Origin: a virus
Virus record (IMG/VR): IMGVR_UViG_3300034175_000017
Span: 17,357 to 81,356 of that record
Direction: 5' to 3' (one strand)
DNA length: 64,000 nucleotides
Shown here: positions 1 through 9,833 of the stretch, one piece after another
Numbering within the stretch: position 1 is the stretch's first letter
How the letters are laid out: every line of letters starts with the position of its first letter
Made by a program: the position numbers and the translations under genes
The notes under the pieces: model-generated
What the model saw: the letters and a program-made list of their open reading frames with translations, nothing else
The model's database searches: none
What the model was told of the DNA's origin: nothing

Positions 1-200
1 CGCCCTCGACCAACCTTGGCCTCGACTTGGACTTCCTTTTCGACTACCACTTCCTTGATTTCGGGGGCCAGCAGCTTCTTCAAAAGGTCAACGACCTCCT
101 TGTCATACGGACATTCAGGTGCATCGAGCATTGCAAGATTGTCCTTGAGGGTGTTAAGCCCTGTAAGGACGGCGAGTCGGAGTTGGGGGTAAACTATCAT
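1..200 (-). CDS. Partial ORF divergent from the terminase gene (MIVYPQLRLAVLTGLNTLKDNL...), runs off the window; candidate terminase small subunit
   Basis: Manual translation: ATG at 200 preceded by GAAGGTG, open to position 1. Function guessed from position only. Confidence 0.55.
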   Translation of the reverse strand, partial: MIVYPQLRLAVLTGLNTLKDNLAMLDAPECPYDKEVVDLLKKLLAPEIKEVVVEKEVQVEAKVGRG

Positions 201-275
201 GGACACCTTCTCTCTCTTATTCTCTCATAACGCAAACTGTTTTTTGGATAATAATAAGTAATATAGAGAAAACTA

Positions 276-290
276 GGTTGTAGAGCAACC
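276..290 (+). promoter_or_regulatory. GGTTG-N5-CAACC inverted repeat, candidate late promoter/operator
   Basis: ggttgtagagcaacc, 52 nt upstream of terminase ATG (328). The same architecture recurs at 4010. Confidence 0.45.
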
Positions 291-327
291 ATTGCCATCC
301 CTTTCAATCTCGGTCACAGAGGCCCCC

Positions 328-2079
328 ATGTTTGAACAGCTATACCAGCAAGCGAAGCTACGGTTCGGTGATTCCAACGCGTCCCAATCTATGGGCGATT
401 GGATGATGTCGAACACGACGATCAAGAAACGACCGTTCTCGTTTGACGATTACCCATTCCAGAAGGCTATTGCCGACGATATGCACGGCAATCTCTCGGT
501 GAAGAAGTGTTCACAGGTCGGCCTGACCGAAGTGCAGATCAGGAAGTATCTCGCCATCCTGTCGCGCTCGAACGCCATCAACGGCATCTTCTCGCTGCCG
601 AATGAGAAGATGTTCACCAAGATTTACAACGGTCGTATCAAGCCGATCCTCGAACAGGATAACGTCTTCAATCCGCCAACGGGTATCAAGCCCACACGGT
701 CGAAGGATCAAATCCAAATCCGAGACAGCTTCGGTTACATCACGGCTTGCACCGAGGGTGACGCTACCTCCATCTCTGCTGACTTCCTGTTTCACGACGA
801 GTTAGACCTCTCGCCGCAGGAGATAATTGCGCTCTATCAGTCCCGTCTTCAAGGTTCTGATATGCGTATTACGCAGTCATTCTCCACGCCAAGCTTCGTG
901 AACTACGGCATCGACAAAAACTACAAGCTGACGGACCAGCGCGAATACACGATGAAATGCGAGGCGTGCAATCACGTCCAAATCCCACGCTTTGAGCCGA
1001 AGTTCATCCACCTCGATCACTTCCCCTTTGATGTGGAGTCGTTCACGGAACTGACGGCGCAAGAGATTGCGACCATCGACCTGAGCAATACATATGTTAA
1101 GTGCGAGAAGTGCGATGCACGCTTGGACCTGTCGAACGCCGATCAGCGCGAATGGGTCGCTACGTTCCCAACGCGTCTGAACTTCCGGGGCTATCAGGTT
1201 CGCCCCTTCTCGACGCACCGCATCAAGCCGGATTACATCTTCAACCAGCTTGCCAACTACCAAGAGCGCAGCTTCACTCGCGGTTTCTACAATACTGTGT
1301 TGGGTGAGGAATACACTAGCTCAGACGCGAAGATTCAGCGTGCCGACGTGGAAGCAGCGATGCAGAAGGGAACGGCCAGTATCCCCAACATCAGCAGCGA
1401 CGATGCCTGCTTCCTCGGGATCGACGTTGGTATGGCGTGCCATATCACGATTTCCAAGGACGATGCGAACGGCTTCCCTGTGTTCGTCCTGTTCGAGACG
1501 GTGCCAGCGTCATACCTCGTCCGTCGCGTCGAGGAACTGATGTCTATCTACAACATCGTGCAGGGTGCCATCGACCGCTTCCCTTACACGAACGAGGCCA
1601 ACGAACTGCGTGACCTGACGATGAGCCGCATCATGCCGATCCAGTATCGCGGCAACGCAGGTTTGCAGCCAGTATTCGAGCCTGACACCAAGATCATCTC
1701 CCACTACTCGGCCAACAATACGATGGCTCTCGACCGGGTGCGTGCGCTGGTTTCCAATCGAAAGATGTCTATCTCTGGCTATCAGGGAGCGAAGGAAACA
1801 GTCATCGCCCAATTGACTGACATGGTTCGTAATGACGCGCCGGGTGGTGACGATATGGGTGAGTGGCTGAAGGTCAGCGGCAATGACCACTACATGCACT
1901 CGATGGCCTTCAACTTGCTGTCGCGTCGTATTGGTGATCACTTGTTTGCAACTCAAGGCTCAACCATGCTAACAAGCCCCTCGTTTTTTGGTCAGACCTT
2001 TGGTAGTGGCCAAGGTTCACTTGACCTCAACGCGGGGATGAGTATGAAATCAATCCAACGTATTTCGAGGTTAGGGTAA
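328..2079 (+). CDS. terL: Terminase large subunit (lambda GpA-like ATPase + nuclease)
   Basis: GpA-type Walker A variant VKKCSQVGLTE, Walker B FHDELD, CxxC..CxxC Zn finger, nuclease motifs LGIDVG and NDHYMHS. ATG 328 preferred over TTG 292. Confidence 0.9.
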   Translation: MFEQLYQQAKLRFGDSNASQSMGDWMMSNTTIKKRPFSFDDYPFQKAIADDMHGNLSVKKCSQVGLTEVQIRKYLAILSRSNAINGIFSLPNEKMFTKIYNGRIKPILEQDNVFNPPTGIKPTRSKDQIQIRDSFGYITACTEGDATSISADFLFHDELDLSPQEIIALYQSRLQGSDMRITQSFSTPSFVNYGIDKNYKLTDQREYTMKCEACNHVQIPRFEPKFIHLDHFPFDVESFTELTAQEIATIDLSNTYVKCEKCDARLDLSNADQREWVATFPTRLNFRGYQVRPFSTHRIKPDYIFNQLANYQERSFTRGFYNTVLGEEYTSSDAKIQRADVEAAMQKGTASIPNISSDDACFLGIDVGMACHITISKDDANGFPVFVLFETVPASYLVRRVEELMSIYNIVQGAIDRFPYTNEANELRDLTMSRIMPIQYRGNAGLQPVFEPDTKIISHYSANNTMALDRVRALVSNRKMSISGYQGAKETVIAQLTDMVRNDAPGGDDMGEWLKVSGNDHYMHSMAFNLLSRRIGDHLFATQGSTMLTSPSFFGQTFGSGQGSLDLNAGMSMKSIQRISRLG

Positions 2080-3582
2080 ATGGCAGGTATCATCGACGGA
2101 CTAGGCGCTGTTCTCCTGCCCAAGGGTAAGGGGGTCAAGGGCGGCAAAGGTTTCACGCCGACGTTCAACCCACGTTCGGCAACGATGACTGCTCCGCAGT
2201 ATCGTGACCACCTCACCGACCTCTACAGTTCGCGCCAATCGAGTGACAGTCGGTCGCTCATGGCGATCCTCGCCAACATGGACCCTGACGTATCAGCGGC
2301 CATGACTGCGTTCCTGTCTATCGCTGGCTCTGTCGATCCTGTTGTCTATGCCTACAACGAGAAGGACGAGATTGACCCTGAGGGGATCACCCTCGGCCAG
2401 CAGTTGCTTGCCTTGCTGACGACGACCAACGATTACACAATTGGCTACTCGGCCAAGCCCACTGTCGATGCGCTGTGCAACGACCATCGCTACCTCACGC
2501 TGCTTCGCGGTGGCACAGCATGCGAACTGGTGCTGGACAAGACTTATGTCCCGAACGAACTGCGTCTTGTGGACCCGGTTAGCCTTGAGTGGGAACAGCG
2601 GCAGAATGGCGTCTACTCGCCCATCCAGCGTCCTGCCAACTCGAACGTGCCTATCGACTTGAACATCCCAACGTTCTTCACGTCGAACTTCCATCAGTCG
2701 CCGCTCGACCTCTACACCTATTCGACCTTTGTGAGCGCGATCAACACTATCGCCTCGCGTCAACAGGTCATCAATGAACTCTACCGGATCATGAAGATCG
2801 TCGGCTATCCTCGCGTCGATATCGAAGTGATGGAAGATATGCTGGCCACCGCTGCGCCGCCTTCCATGCGGACTGACCCTGTGAAGATGCGTGCCTTCGT
2901 TGAGAACGAGCTTGGGCGTATTCGCGCAACTATCTCAACACTTGGCAGCGCCGATGCTTTCGTGCATACGAGCGCAGTCAAGGCTACGATCATCAACGAC
3001 AAGAACCCGTCAGCGGGTATTCAAATCGACAACGTGATTGAAGTGTTGAACGCACAAAACCAAGCGGCACTTAAGGTCATGCCTTCCGTGGTCGGCAAGG
3101 GGAACAACGGACAGGTCGCTTCAACAGAGGCCCGTCTGTTCGCTCTCAACGCGGACGCTCTTAATCGGTCGGTGGCAGGATTGTTCACTAAGGCATTGAC
3201 CTTGGGTGCGCGCTTAAGCGGCTACGCTGGTCGCATTGAAGTTGTCTTCCCGCCTGTAGAACTTCGTCCTGCGCTTGAGCTTGAACCGCAGAAGACGATG
3301 CGTGCCAGCCGCTTGAAGACTGACCTCTCCCTCGGCATCATCACCGACATTGAGTATTCGATGGAAATGTATGGTCGCCCACCACTGCCGGGTGCTCCAC
3401 CTCTGTCGGGCACGAACTTCCTTGACGCCAAGGAAGAAGAAGTTACGATGAAGACGGACGACGTTTCATCGAACACCGACTCCTTAGGCCGTAGCCTGAG
3501 TGGTGAAGGTGGTAATGGTGTTGCGAAGGACAACGCTGCGAAGAGCGGCAATACCAAGGCTAAGCCTGCTGGAAAGCTATAA
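2080..3582 (+). CDS. Portal protein
   Basis: 500 aa directly after terL; DPDVSAA and GYPRVDI segments resemble phage portals; synteny. Confidence 0.8.
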   Translation: MAGIIDGLGAVLLPKGKGVKGGKGFTPTFNPRSATMTAPQYRDHLTDLYSSRQSSDSRSLMAILANMDPDVSAAMTAFLSIAGSVDPVVYAYNEKDEIDPEGITLGQQLLALLTTTNDYTIGYSAKPTVDALCNDHRYLTLLRGGTACELVLDKTYVPNELRLVDPVSLEWEQRQNGVYSPIQRPANSNVPIDLNIPTFFTSNFHQSPLDLYTYSTFVSAINTIASRQQVINELYRIMKIVGYPRVDIEVMEDMLATAAPPSMRTDPVKMRAFVENELGRIRATISTLGSADAFVHTSAVKATIINDKNPSAGIQIDNVIEVLNAQNQAALKVMPSVVGKGNNGQVASTEARLFALNADALNRSVAGLFTKALTLGARLSGYAGRIEVVFPPVELRPALELEPQKTMRASRLKTDLSLGIITDIEYSMEMYGRPPLPGAPPLSGTNFLDAKEEEVTMKTDDVSSNTDSLGRSLSGEGGNGVAKDNAAKSGNTKAKPAGKL

Positions 3583-3583
3583 T

Positions 3584-4006
3584 ATGACCACCATTGCTTG
3601 CGACCTCAAATCAATGTCCGGTGACGGATACACTACCAAGGGCGATACCATCGTTGGTCACGACGATGAGAAAGTCTTTCGTTTGCCTGACGGCAAGATC
3701 GTCGGCGGATCAGGTGACGTGGTAAACATCGCGCACTTCATCGAGTGGATACAAGAAGACGTGACGGACGAAGGTCCGAAGCTGAGCAAAAACTTTGAAG
3801 CCTTAGTTCTCCACCCGGATGGCAAGCTTTACCACTATGACAATCGACTTACCCCGAGTCTCTGTCTAGGTCATAGCGCGATTGGTTCGGGTGGAGACTT
3901 TGCCTTGACTGCGATGGACATGGGTGGCGACAGCAAGAAGGCTATTGAAATGGCGATCTTGCGCGACTTGTCCACTGGCGGTAAGATCACAACTCTCAAA
4001 TTATAG
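3584..4006 (+). CDS. HslV/proteasome-beta-like Ntn-hydrolase peptidase
   Basis: N-terminus MTTIAC (Thr nucleophile), AIGSGGDFA, D..TGG C-terminal motif. Confidence 0.8.
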   Translation: MTTIACDLKSMSGDGYTTKGDTIVGHDDEKVFRLPDGKIVGGSGDVVNIAHFIEWIQEDVTDEGPKLSKNFEALVLHPDGKLYHYDNRLTPSLCLGHSAIGSGGDFALTAMDMGGDSKKAIEMAILRDLSTGGKITTLKL

Positions 4007-4009
4007 AGT

Positions 4010-4024
4010 GGTTGCCCAACAACC
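4010..4024 (+). promoter_or_regulatory. GGTTG-N5-CAACC inverted repeat, candidate late promoter/operator
   Basis: ggttgcccaacaacc, 54 nt upstream of ATG 4064. Confidence 0.45.
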
Positions 4025-4063
4025 ACTGGACTCCTGACATCACTCCGTAATACAGGCCACAAC

Positions 4064-5221
4064 ATGAAGCAGTTACCAATGACCGCCGAGCTTTCGGCAC
4101 TGATTAAAAGTCGGGTGGGCGAGGACGTTGACACGTCCAATCTCGCGGTCTTTGAAACGATTGCTCTCAATACGAAGCCCCTACCCGGCAAGCGTGGCAC
4201 CATTTGGGAAAACGCAGTTGTTAAGCCGGTCACTCTAGCGCAGATGGTGGACTACATCATTTCGGGAAACCACCTCCCGTTGATTGCAGACCATGAATTG
4301 TTTGGTGCCCCCAAGGGCCGGTTCTTCGACGCCGCGCTGTTCTCGGACAGCAACAGCCTAGACGATCTGGAAATGCGGGCGCTGTTCTATTTGGACGAAA
4401 CTGAGGCTGTCACCATTGCCAAGCTGAACGCAGGTTCGCTTGACGAAGTATCGGTCTCGTTCCTTCCTACTGCGTTTCTCTGTTCCGATTGCGGGTTTGA
4501 CTATTTCTCGCAGGGTGATATGGACAACATCGACTCTCGGACTTGTGATCTCGGTCACACCTTGGGTTCTGATGGCGTCCACGCAGAGATGGTTGGGCTT
4601 AATCAGTTTGTTGAGCTTAGTTTGGTTGCACGCGGTGCAGCAGACAAGCCTAAAATAGTTGGCAAAAGTAATTCAAAGCTTGCGCCTGAATCTGTCTATC
4701 GCCTAGCGGCGAAAGGTTTTGCAACCGATCGCCTCGTTTTACAGGCGTCAATTAAGAAAGTAGACGACATGGATACCACTGTTCTTGTGACCAACCTTGC
4801 CGAAGTTACGGGCAAGTTTGCTGTCAGCGAAGCCGACAAGGCCCGCCTGACGACTGAACTTTCGGAAGTGAAGGGCAAGCTGACAACTGCTGAAGCTGAT
4901 GTCGCTCGTCTCACGACCGAACTCGCCGCCGCCGTTTCCGCGCAGCCTGCAAAGCCTGCCGATTACGACACCGCCGTTGCAGGCAACACGGCTGCGGTCG
5001 CGTTCTTGCAAGAGCAGCTAAACGGCCTCTTGGTCGCCAGCGGCAAGCCGAAGCTTGAGGGTGATGCGCTTCCTAAGGAAGTGTCTGAACTCAAGGCGTC
5101 AATCACCGAGCACACCAATAACCTCACTGCTATCATCCCTACGGGTGGTGTTTCGCAGAGCGGCACTGGTGCCTCAACCGAGCCGAAGGTCGATTACTCG
5201 AACTTCTCGGTTCGTCGTTAA
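4064..5221 (+). CDS. Prohead protease fused to a coiled-coil scaffold
   Basis: LIADH, EVSVSF and ELSLVARGA protease motifs, CSDCG Zn ribbon, C-terminal coiled coil with repeated ARLTTEL; located before capsid genes. Confidence 0.8.
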   Translation: MKQLPMTAELSALIKSRVGEDVDTSNLAVFETIALNTKPLPGKRGTIWENAVVKPVTLAQMVDYIISGNHLPLIADHELFGAPKGRFFDAALFSDSNSLDDLEMRALFYLDETEAVTIAKLNAGSLDEVSVSFLPTAFLCSDCGFDYFSQGDMDNIDSRTCDLGHTLGSDGVHAEMVGLNQFVELSLVARGAADKPKIVGKSNSKLAPESVYRLAAKGFATDRLVLQASIKKVDDMDTTVLVTNLAEVTGKFAVSEADKARLTTELSEVKGKLTTAEADVARLTTELAAAVSAQPAKPADYDTAVAGNTAAVAFLQEQLNGLLVASGKPKLEGDALPKEVSELKASITEHTNNLTAIIPTGGVSQSGTGASTEPKVDYSNFSVRR

Positions 5222-5243
5222 TCTGAAACAAGGATAAGAGCAC

Positions 5244-5672
5244 ATGGCTTACACTGGTTCCGGCGTCGTCGCCAGCGGGTTCCCTCAGACCGCTGACAAG
5301 TTCACTTTCACCTACTACCTGACGGGCGCGTTCGCTGACGAGAATGCTGTCCGTGCCACAGAAGGCAAGGCTGTTTCTCAGGACACCGCCGCTGCCAGTT
5401 CTGTGAAGCTTGCTGCCAACGGCGAGCGCATCTTTGGTCGCGTTTACGTTGCCGAGCGGCGTGCGATCTTGGGCTTCAACACGGCTTCCATCCAGCGGAA
5501 GTTCAAGGAGAAGCTTCCTGCCGCAGTCGGCCACGGCATCGGTCTCGGTGCTTCGGTTGTCGGCGCGGGTAATGGTCTCGTTCGTCTCGCTGCTGCTGGT
5601 GCAGAAGCGGGTAGCGCGGGCAACATCGTAGTCGAGACGGGTGACAATTACGTCGTCGTCGAGCAGTTCTAA
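5244..5672 (+). CDS. Head decoration/cement protein
   Basis: 142 aa, Gly/Ala-rich, GKAVS..VKLA motif, immediately upstream of the major capsid gene. Confidence 0.65.
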   Translation: MAYTGSGVVASGFPQTADKFTFTYYLTGAFADENAVRATEGKAVSQDTAAASSVKLAANGERIFGRVYVAERRAILGFNTASIQRKFKEKLPAAVGHGIGLGASVVGAGNGLVRLAAAGAEAGSAGNIVVETGDNYVVVEQF

Positions 5673-5684
5673 GGGATACCGAAC

Positions 5685-6887
5685 ATGACTAATCTGCTTT
5701 CCATTGTTAAGGGTCGTCAGCCAGCCGAGACGCTGCTTGCCGGTCTGCGGGACGAGAACCGCGCCGCCTCTTTGTCTGCCGGTCAGAACCTGATCGCCAA
5801 GGCAAAGGAAGCTCGCGTCAGCGTTCCTGATTACCTTCGTCTGGCCGTTGACACGACCACGGGCAAGTTTGCCGGTGCGTCCGCTGACGGCTTTGAGGTC
5901 GCACTCGCGTTCCTGAACCTCCCGGTCAAGGAAGACTTCAGCAAAGGCATTCTGCTTGAAGCTGCTGCCGAAGCGTTTACGACCTTCCCCGGCACGCGTG
6001 CCCTCTTCCCTGCCGTGATCGACACACAGGTTCAGTGGCGCTACCGTCAGGATCAGATCGAAGACGTGACCAACTTGGTCTCGCAGAGCCGCAACATCAG
6101 CGGCGTCGAGATGATTACGACTGTGGTTGACGACCGCCCTGAGGACTACCAGCAGGTCGGCGTTATCGCGGAAGGTGCGAACATCCCCGTTCGTGCGCTT
6201 CGCACCAGCGAGAAGGGCGTCAAGTTCTTCAAGTTCGGTGGCGGTATCGAGTTCACCTATGAGTTCGAGCGTCGGGCTTCGCTGGACATCATCAACCCAT
6301 ACGCTGCGCGTATGGAGCGTGAAGTTCAGATCGGTCAGACTGCCATCGCCACGGCGATGCTCATCAACGGCGACGGCGTGAACGGCGCTGCCCCTGTGGT
6401 GAATGCGAGTGACCTCGCCCTGTCGCTCCCTGAGTCGGGTCGTCCTGTTGCTGCGGCTGGCCGCATCAATTGGGAAATCTTCCTGACGTGGCTCGTTCGT
6501 CGCGCACAGACGGGTGCTCCGATTGATACCATCGTAGGCAACTACGACATGTATCTTGAGTGGGTCCGCATGTTCGCCACGCCTTCGGCCAACTCGGGTG
6601 CTCCGCAGATTCAGGCGCTTCAGGCGGCGGGTGTGCAGGTTGCAATCGACAACCCGAACTTCCCGCTGAACGTGCGTTTCGCGCTCAGCACCACGGCCCC
6701 CGCCGCGAAGCTCATCGGCTTCATCAAGTCGGAGACCTTGGAGGAGTTGGTTGAGAATGGTTCGGATATCGAAGAGTCGATCCGCGCCATCGAGAACCAA
6801 AAGGTTCGTTACTTCAAGACCACCAACAAGGGCTATCGTTTGATCTTCAACGACACCCGGTCGGTCCTCAACCTCAACGCCGCATAA
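5685..6887 (+). CDS. Major capsid protein
   Basis: 400 aa, IAEGANIP and KFGGGIEFTYE (HK97-fold-like); followed by a terminator. Confidence 0.88.
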   Translation: MTNLLSIVKGRQPAETLLAGLRDENRAASLSAGQNLIAKAKEARVSVPDYLRLAVDTTTGKFAGASADGFEVALAFLNLPVKEDFSKGILLEAAAEAFTTFPGTRALFPAVIDTQVQWRYRQDQIEDVTNLVSQSRNISGVEMITTVVDDRPEDYQQVGVIAEGANIPVRALRTSEKGVKFFKFGGGIEFTYEFERRASLDIINPYAARMEREVQIGQTAIATAMLINGDGVNGAAPVVNASDLALSLPESGRPVAAAGRINWEIFLTWLVRRAQTGAPIDTIVGNYDMYLEWVRMFATPSANSGAPQIQALQAAGVQVAIDNPNFPLNVRFALSTTAPAAKLIGFIKSETLEELVENGSDIEESIRAIENQKVRYFKTTNKGYRLIFNDTRSVLNLNAA

Positions 6888-6904
6888 GCGTTGACATCTA
6901 ACGG

Positions 6905-6932
6905 GAAAGGGGGCTAAGGCCCCCTTTCTTGT
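6905..6932 (+). terminator. Intrinsic terminator after capsid gene
   Basis: gaaagggggc-taag-gccccctttc then tt. Confidence 0.75.
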
Positions 6933-6963
6933 ATCTGTTACAAGTCCTTGCAAGGAGAATACA

Positions 6964-7353
6964 ATGCCCCGTAAGCCTGAAGACACGAAGCTTCCAGAGA
7001 ACGCTTCGCCCACCGATTTGAATGCCAACAACAACACCCGCGCCGAAGAGTTCGAGCTTAACCGCACGACCGACACGGACAGCGGCGAAGTCCTTGAGAA
7101 CTCCACCGGCTCCAACTCGGTCGATGGCGAAGACAGTTCCAAGGAAGGACGCGACGGCGGTCCTCCCCCTCCCGGCACCGACAACTCGACTGCCGAGCGC
7201 ATCAAGGTGAAGACCTCGGGTGCTTTCCTGTTCCACGACCCGTTCAGCAACACAACCGTGGACAACAGTGACGACGGCGGCAACAAGGACGGCGTGCTTC
7301 GTTCTGCACTTGTGCAGGGTGCGCTTGACGACGGTCGGCTGGTCGAAGCCTAA
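6964..7353 (+). CDS. Hypothetical virion-associated protein, acidic and low-complexity
   Basis: RBS AGGAGA; lies between capsid and connector genes. Confidence 0.65.
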   Translation: MPRKPEDTKLPENASPTDLNANNNTRAEEFELNRTTDTDSGEVLENSTGSNSVDGEDSSKEGRDGGPPPPGTDNSTAERIKVKTSGAFLFHDPFSNTTVDNSDDGGNKDGVLRSALVQGALDDGRLVEA

Positions 7354-8066
7354 TGCTGCGTAGCGGAAACGCTGCCAGCTTTCTCGTAGAGTTCCCGTCA
7401 GGTGCGCCTGACGGGAATCTCTCTTGGACGCTATTGGGGCCTGATGGAACGCTTCTGACGAGCGGCTCTATCAACACGCCTGACAATGCCGTCTCTGAAC
7501 AGATTGTAGTTCCCGGCCAGTATAACACGCTCCCGGCTGGTGAGCTTACTTCTTACCGTGATCTGACGTGGACCTATTCAAAGGGCGGCGCAATCATCAA
7601 CGGTGAAGAGCGTTACACGCTTCAAGGCCGAGTGCCTTACGGTGCCACCCCTCAGGGTGTTCGCAACAAGTTGGGTGTCGATCCACACGATCTGCCTGAC
7701 GACGAGATAGACTTGGTGAAGGCATACTACGATTATGGTGTGCTCGTCGCACGCACAGCCTTCCCTGACGTGATTACCGTGCCGCAGCAGGACATACGCA
7801 TTCGAGACGCGATAGAGGCGCTGGCGGCGCTTGTGCTGGTTCCTAGCATGCAAGTTCGCATTGCCTCGAAAGAGAGCAGCGGCACTGATACGTTCCAGCG
7901 TCAGAAGATTGATTGGGCGCTACTCGCTGATAACCTCAACGCCATCGTTGTGGGCGGTGCGCTCATTCTCGATCCGGCGTTCGATGAGACGGCAGGCTTC
8001 GGGGCTGTGTTCATTCTTGCTTCGCCAACCACCGATGCCATCACCGCAGAGGGAGCGGTGGGTTAA
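7353..8066 (+). CDS. Putative head-tail adaptor
   Basis: TAATG coupling to upstream gene; VRNKLGV...LPDDEI motif; synteny. Confidence 0.6.
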   Translation: MLRSGNAASFLVEFPSGAPDGNLSWTLLGPDGTLLTSGSINTPDNAVSEQIVVPGQYNTLPAGELTSYRDLTWTYSKGGAIINGEERYTLQGRVPYGATPQGVRNKLGVDPHDLPDDEIDLVKAYYDYGVLVARTAFPDVITVPQQDIRIRDAIEALAALVLVPSMQVRIASKESSGTDTFQRQKIDWALLADNLNAIVVGGALILDPAFDETAGFGAVFILASPTTDAITAEGAVG

Positions 8067-8533
8067 TCCCCACGCTCATGCGCTATCTCGGTGCGCTTCA
8101 CTTCCAAACCAATGGTCCGGTAGTTACGGATTTCTGATTGAGCCATCGGCAGCATGCTGAAGTTGCTGATGACCAACTCGCTGACTTCATCGCCATTGTC
8201 CATGTTCAGCAGCTTGATCTTCGCGCCTTCGTAGAAGTAACCATGTATGGCGTCGATGAGTTCGATCTCGTCCAGCAAGTTCAGGTCTCGGTAGCTTGAC
8301 ACAGCAAGAGCAACCCGGATCGCCCACAGACCGCCGTTCTCGTCAAACGAGAAGCCGTCTAATCCTACCAGCGTGTGCTTCGGTAGTTCGTTCTCGTCGT
8401 TGCGGCTCTCAAAGTTGTGCCACTCCAAGAAGCCGTGCGTGCCTCGGGCGTTCAACTCATCAATCGTGTCGGTGACGTGCCGCATGATTGACTTGTAGAC
8501 AGGTTCGATTACGGAGGGACGCGGAGAAGACAT
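8063..8533 (-). CDS. Putative tail terminator/completion protein on the antisense strand
   Basis: 156 aa, size and alternating beta pattern like gpU-type terminators; fills the gap between plus-strand genes exactly. Confidence 0.55.
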   Translation of the reverse strand: MSSPRPSVIEPVYKSIMRHVTDTIDELNARGTHGFLEWHNFESRNDENELPKHTLVGLDGFSFDENGGLWAIRVALAVSSYRDLNLLDEIELIDAIHGYFYEGAKIKLLNMDNGDEVSELVISNFSMLPMAQSEIRNYRTIGLEVKRTEIAHERGD

Positions 8534-9445
8534 TTGGCGAGACTTTCACAAAGTGCTGTTGTTATTCGTTTCGTCCTTGGCAAGGGCCTTGTCAAGGCTC
8601 GTCAGCGTTACGACGACACCGCTCGCGCTATCTTCCGTCGCGTTACTCTTGAATATGCCGAGGGTGCTTACGAGGAAATGCGTAAGAACCTACAGGCCAC
8701 TGTCGAGGCCGACGTTCGAGCAGAGCTTGTTCACATGGCCCTCCTGTTCCGTCGTCACATCATCGGAGCCGCAGGCACCAAGACTACGCCATCTGGCGGA
8801 TTAGATACCGTCACGAAAGGGTCCGGTGCTCCACGCCAAACTCTAAGTTCTATGCTTCCTGCGTGGGCACCTCGCAATGCTGAGTATCTTCAGCGCAAGC
8901 GCACTGCCACAGGTGGCGTAGGATGGTTCGACAATCGCGGCTGGAAAGAGTCGCAGTATGACGCCCGATACTCTAGCCGTGTTAGCCGCAAGCCGGGTAG
9001 GGCAGCTATGCACGGTTTGCTGTTTCGTGAAATGCGGCAGGATACTTGGGAGACTATGTTCGGTCCCATCAGCGTTCGCTTCTATCGTCAGCGCAAGCTG
9101 GAATCCACAGATGGCGTTGCCAACTTGGGTGTCGCCAAGAAGAAGAATATGCAGGTGCAGATCGGCAGCATCCAAGTGCGGGCGCTTGGCCGCATCACGC
9201 CTGCAATGCTCCCCGGCTTCACGTCAGGAGACGTGCGAGCAAGTGTCGCAGGCAATCCAGAGTTGATAAAGCTGGTGTATGGTTATGACCCACAACTTGC
9301 TCTGCGCTTGGGTCAAATGAACAACGGTGTGTATCGTCCTACCCTTGAGCCGTTCCTTGGCTTCTTCCTCACCCGCTCGCTGCCGTATGCAGTGAACGAG
9401 CGGCTGAGGAAGGGTGTTCTCAAGACTGCATTTAGATCGTCATAG
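8534..9445 (+). CDS. Putative tail completion/neck protein (basic)
   Basis: TTG start after GGAGAAG; WAPRNAEYLQRK resembles virion morphogenesis family motifs. Confidence 0.55.
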   Translation: MARLSQSAVVIRFVLGKGLVKARQRYDDTARAIFRRVTLEYAEGAYEEMRKNLQATVEADVRAELVHMALLFRRHIIGAAGTKTTPSGGLDTVTKGSGAPRQTLSSMLPAWAPRNAEYLQRKRTATGGVGWFDNRGWKESQYDARYSSRVSRKPGRAAMHGLLFREMRQDTWETMFGPISVRFYRQRKLESTDGVANLGVAKKKNMQVQIGSIQVRALGRITPAMLPGFTSGDVRASVAGNPELIKLVYGYDPQLALRLGQMNNGVYRPTLEPFLGFFLTRSLPYAVNERLRKGVLKTAFRSS

Positions 9446-9833
9446 CGCGATTGATCGCGGCTACAGCAGCATGGACATCAGCATGACCAGCCGCAAGGTT
9501 CTTCACGCCCTCATCACCCACCTTCGGTGGAGTAGGCTGACTACCCTTACCACCGCCAAGTGCAGCGTTAAGAAGAAGAGCCATAGAGTTGTGACGTGCA
9601 AGGGACTGCGAAGTAGTGAACCCTAGCTTCAACTGAAGCTTAGCTTGGATTTCACGCCGAGCTAGGCTCCAGTATATTCCATCAAGATCGGATTCTACGC
9701 AGTCGAATCCCCAACAGACGGCATCTCCGAAGTCGAGGGACTCGAACCATTCGGTAATGGCACTGATGGGGCTGGCATCATTGCTTGAAACTGGACGCTG
9801 AGGTTTGCCAGACCCGTGGTCCGCTTGGCGAAA
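9432..9833 (-). CDS. Tail assembly chaperone C-terminal (T-like) segment reached by -1 frameshift
   Basis: No good independent start; -1 frame relative to 9695..10168, entered at T TTT TTC (9836-9830). Confidence 0.7.
   Translation of the reverse strand, partial: FRQADHGSGKPQRPVSSNDASPISAITEWFESLDFGDAVCWGFDCVESDLDGIYWSLARREIQAKLQLKLGFTTSQSLARHNSMALLLNAALGGGKGSQPTPPKVGDEGVKNLAAGHADVHAAVAAINRAMTI

Noticed and set aside
27-230. 67-aa plus-strand ORF from the track
   Set aside because: The minus-strand frame from ATG 200 has an RBS and more protein-like composition.
5139-7286. 715-aa minus-strand ORF
   Set aside because: Antisense shadow of the decoration/capsid genes, explained by codon bias; no recognisable motifs.
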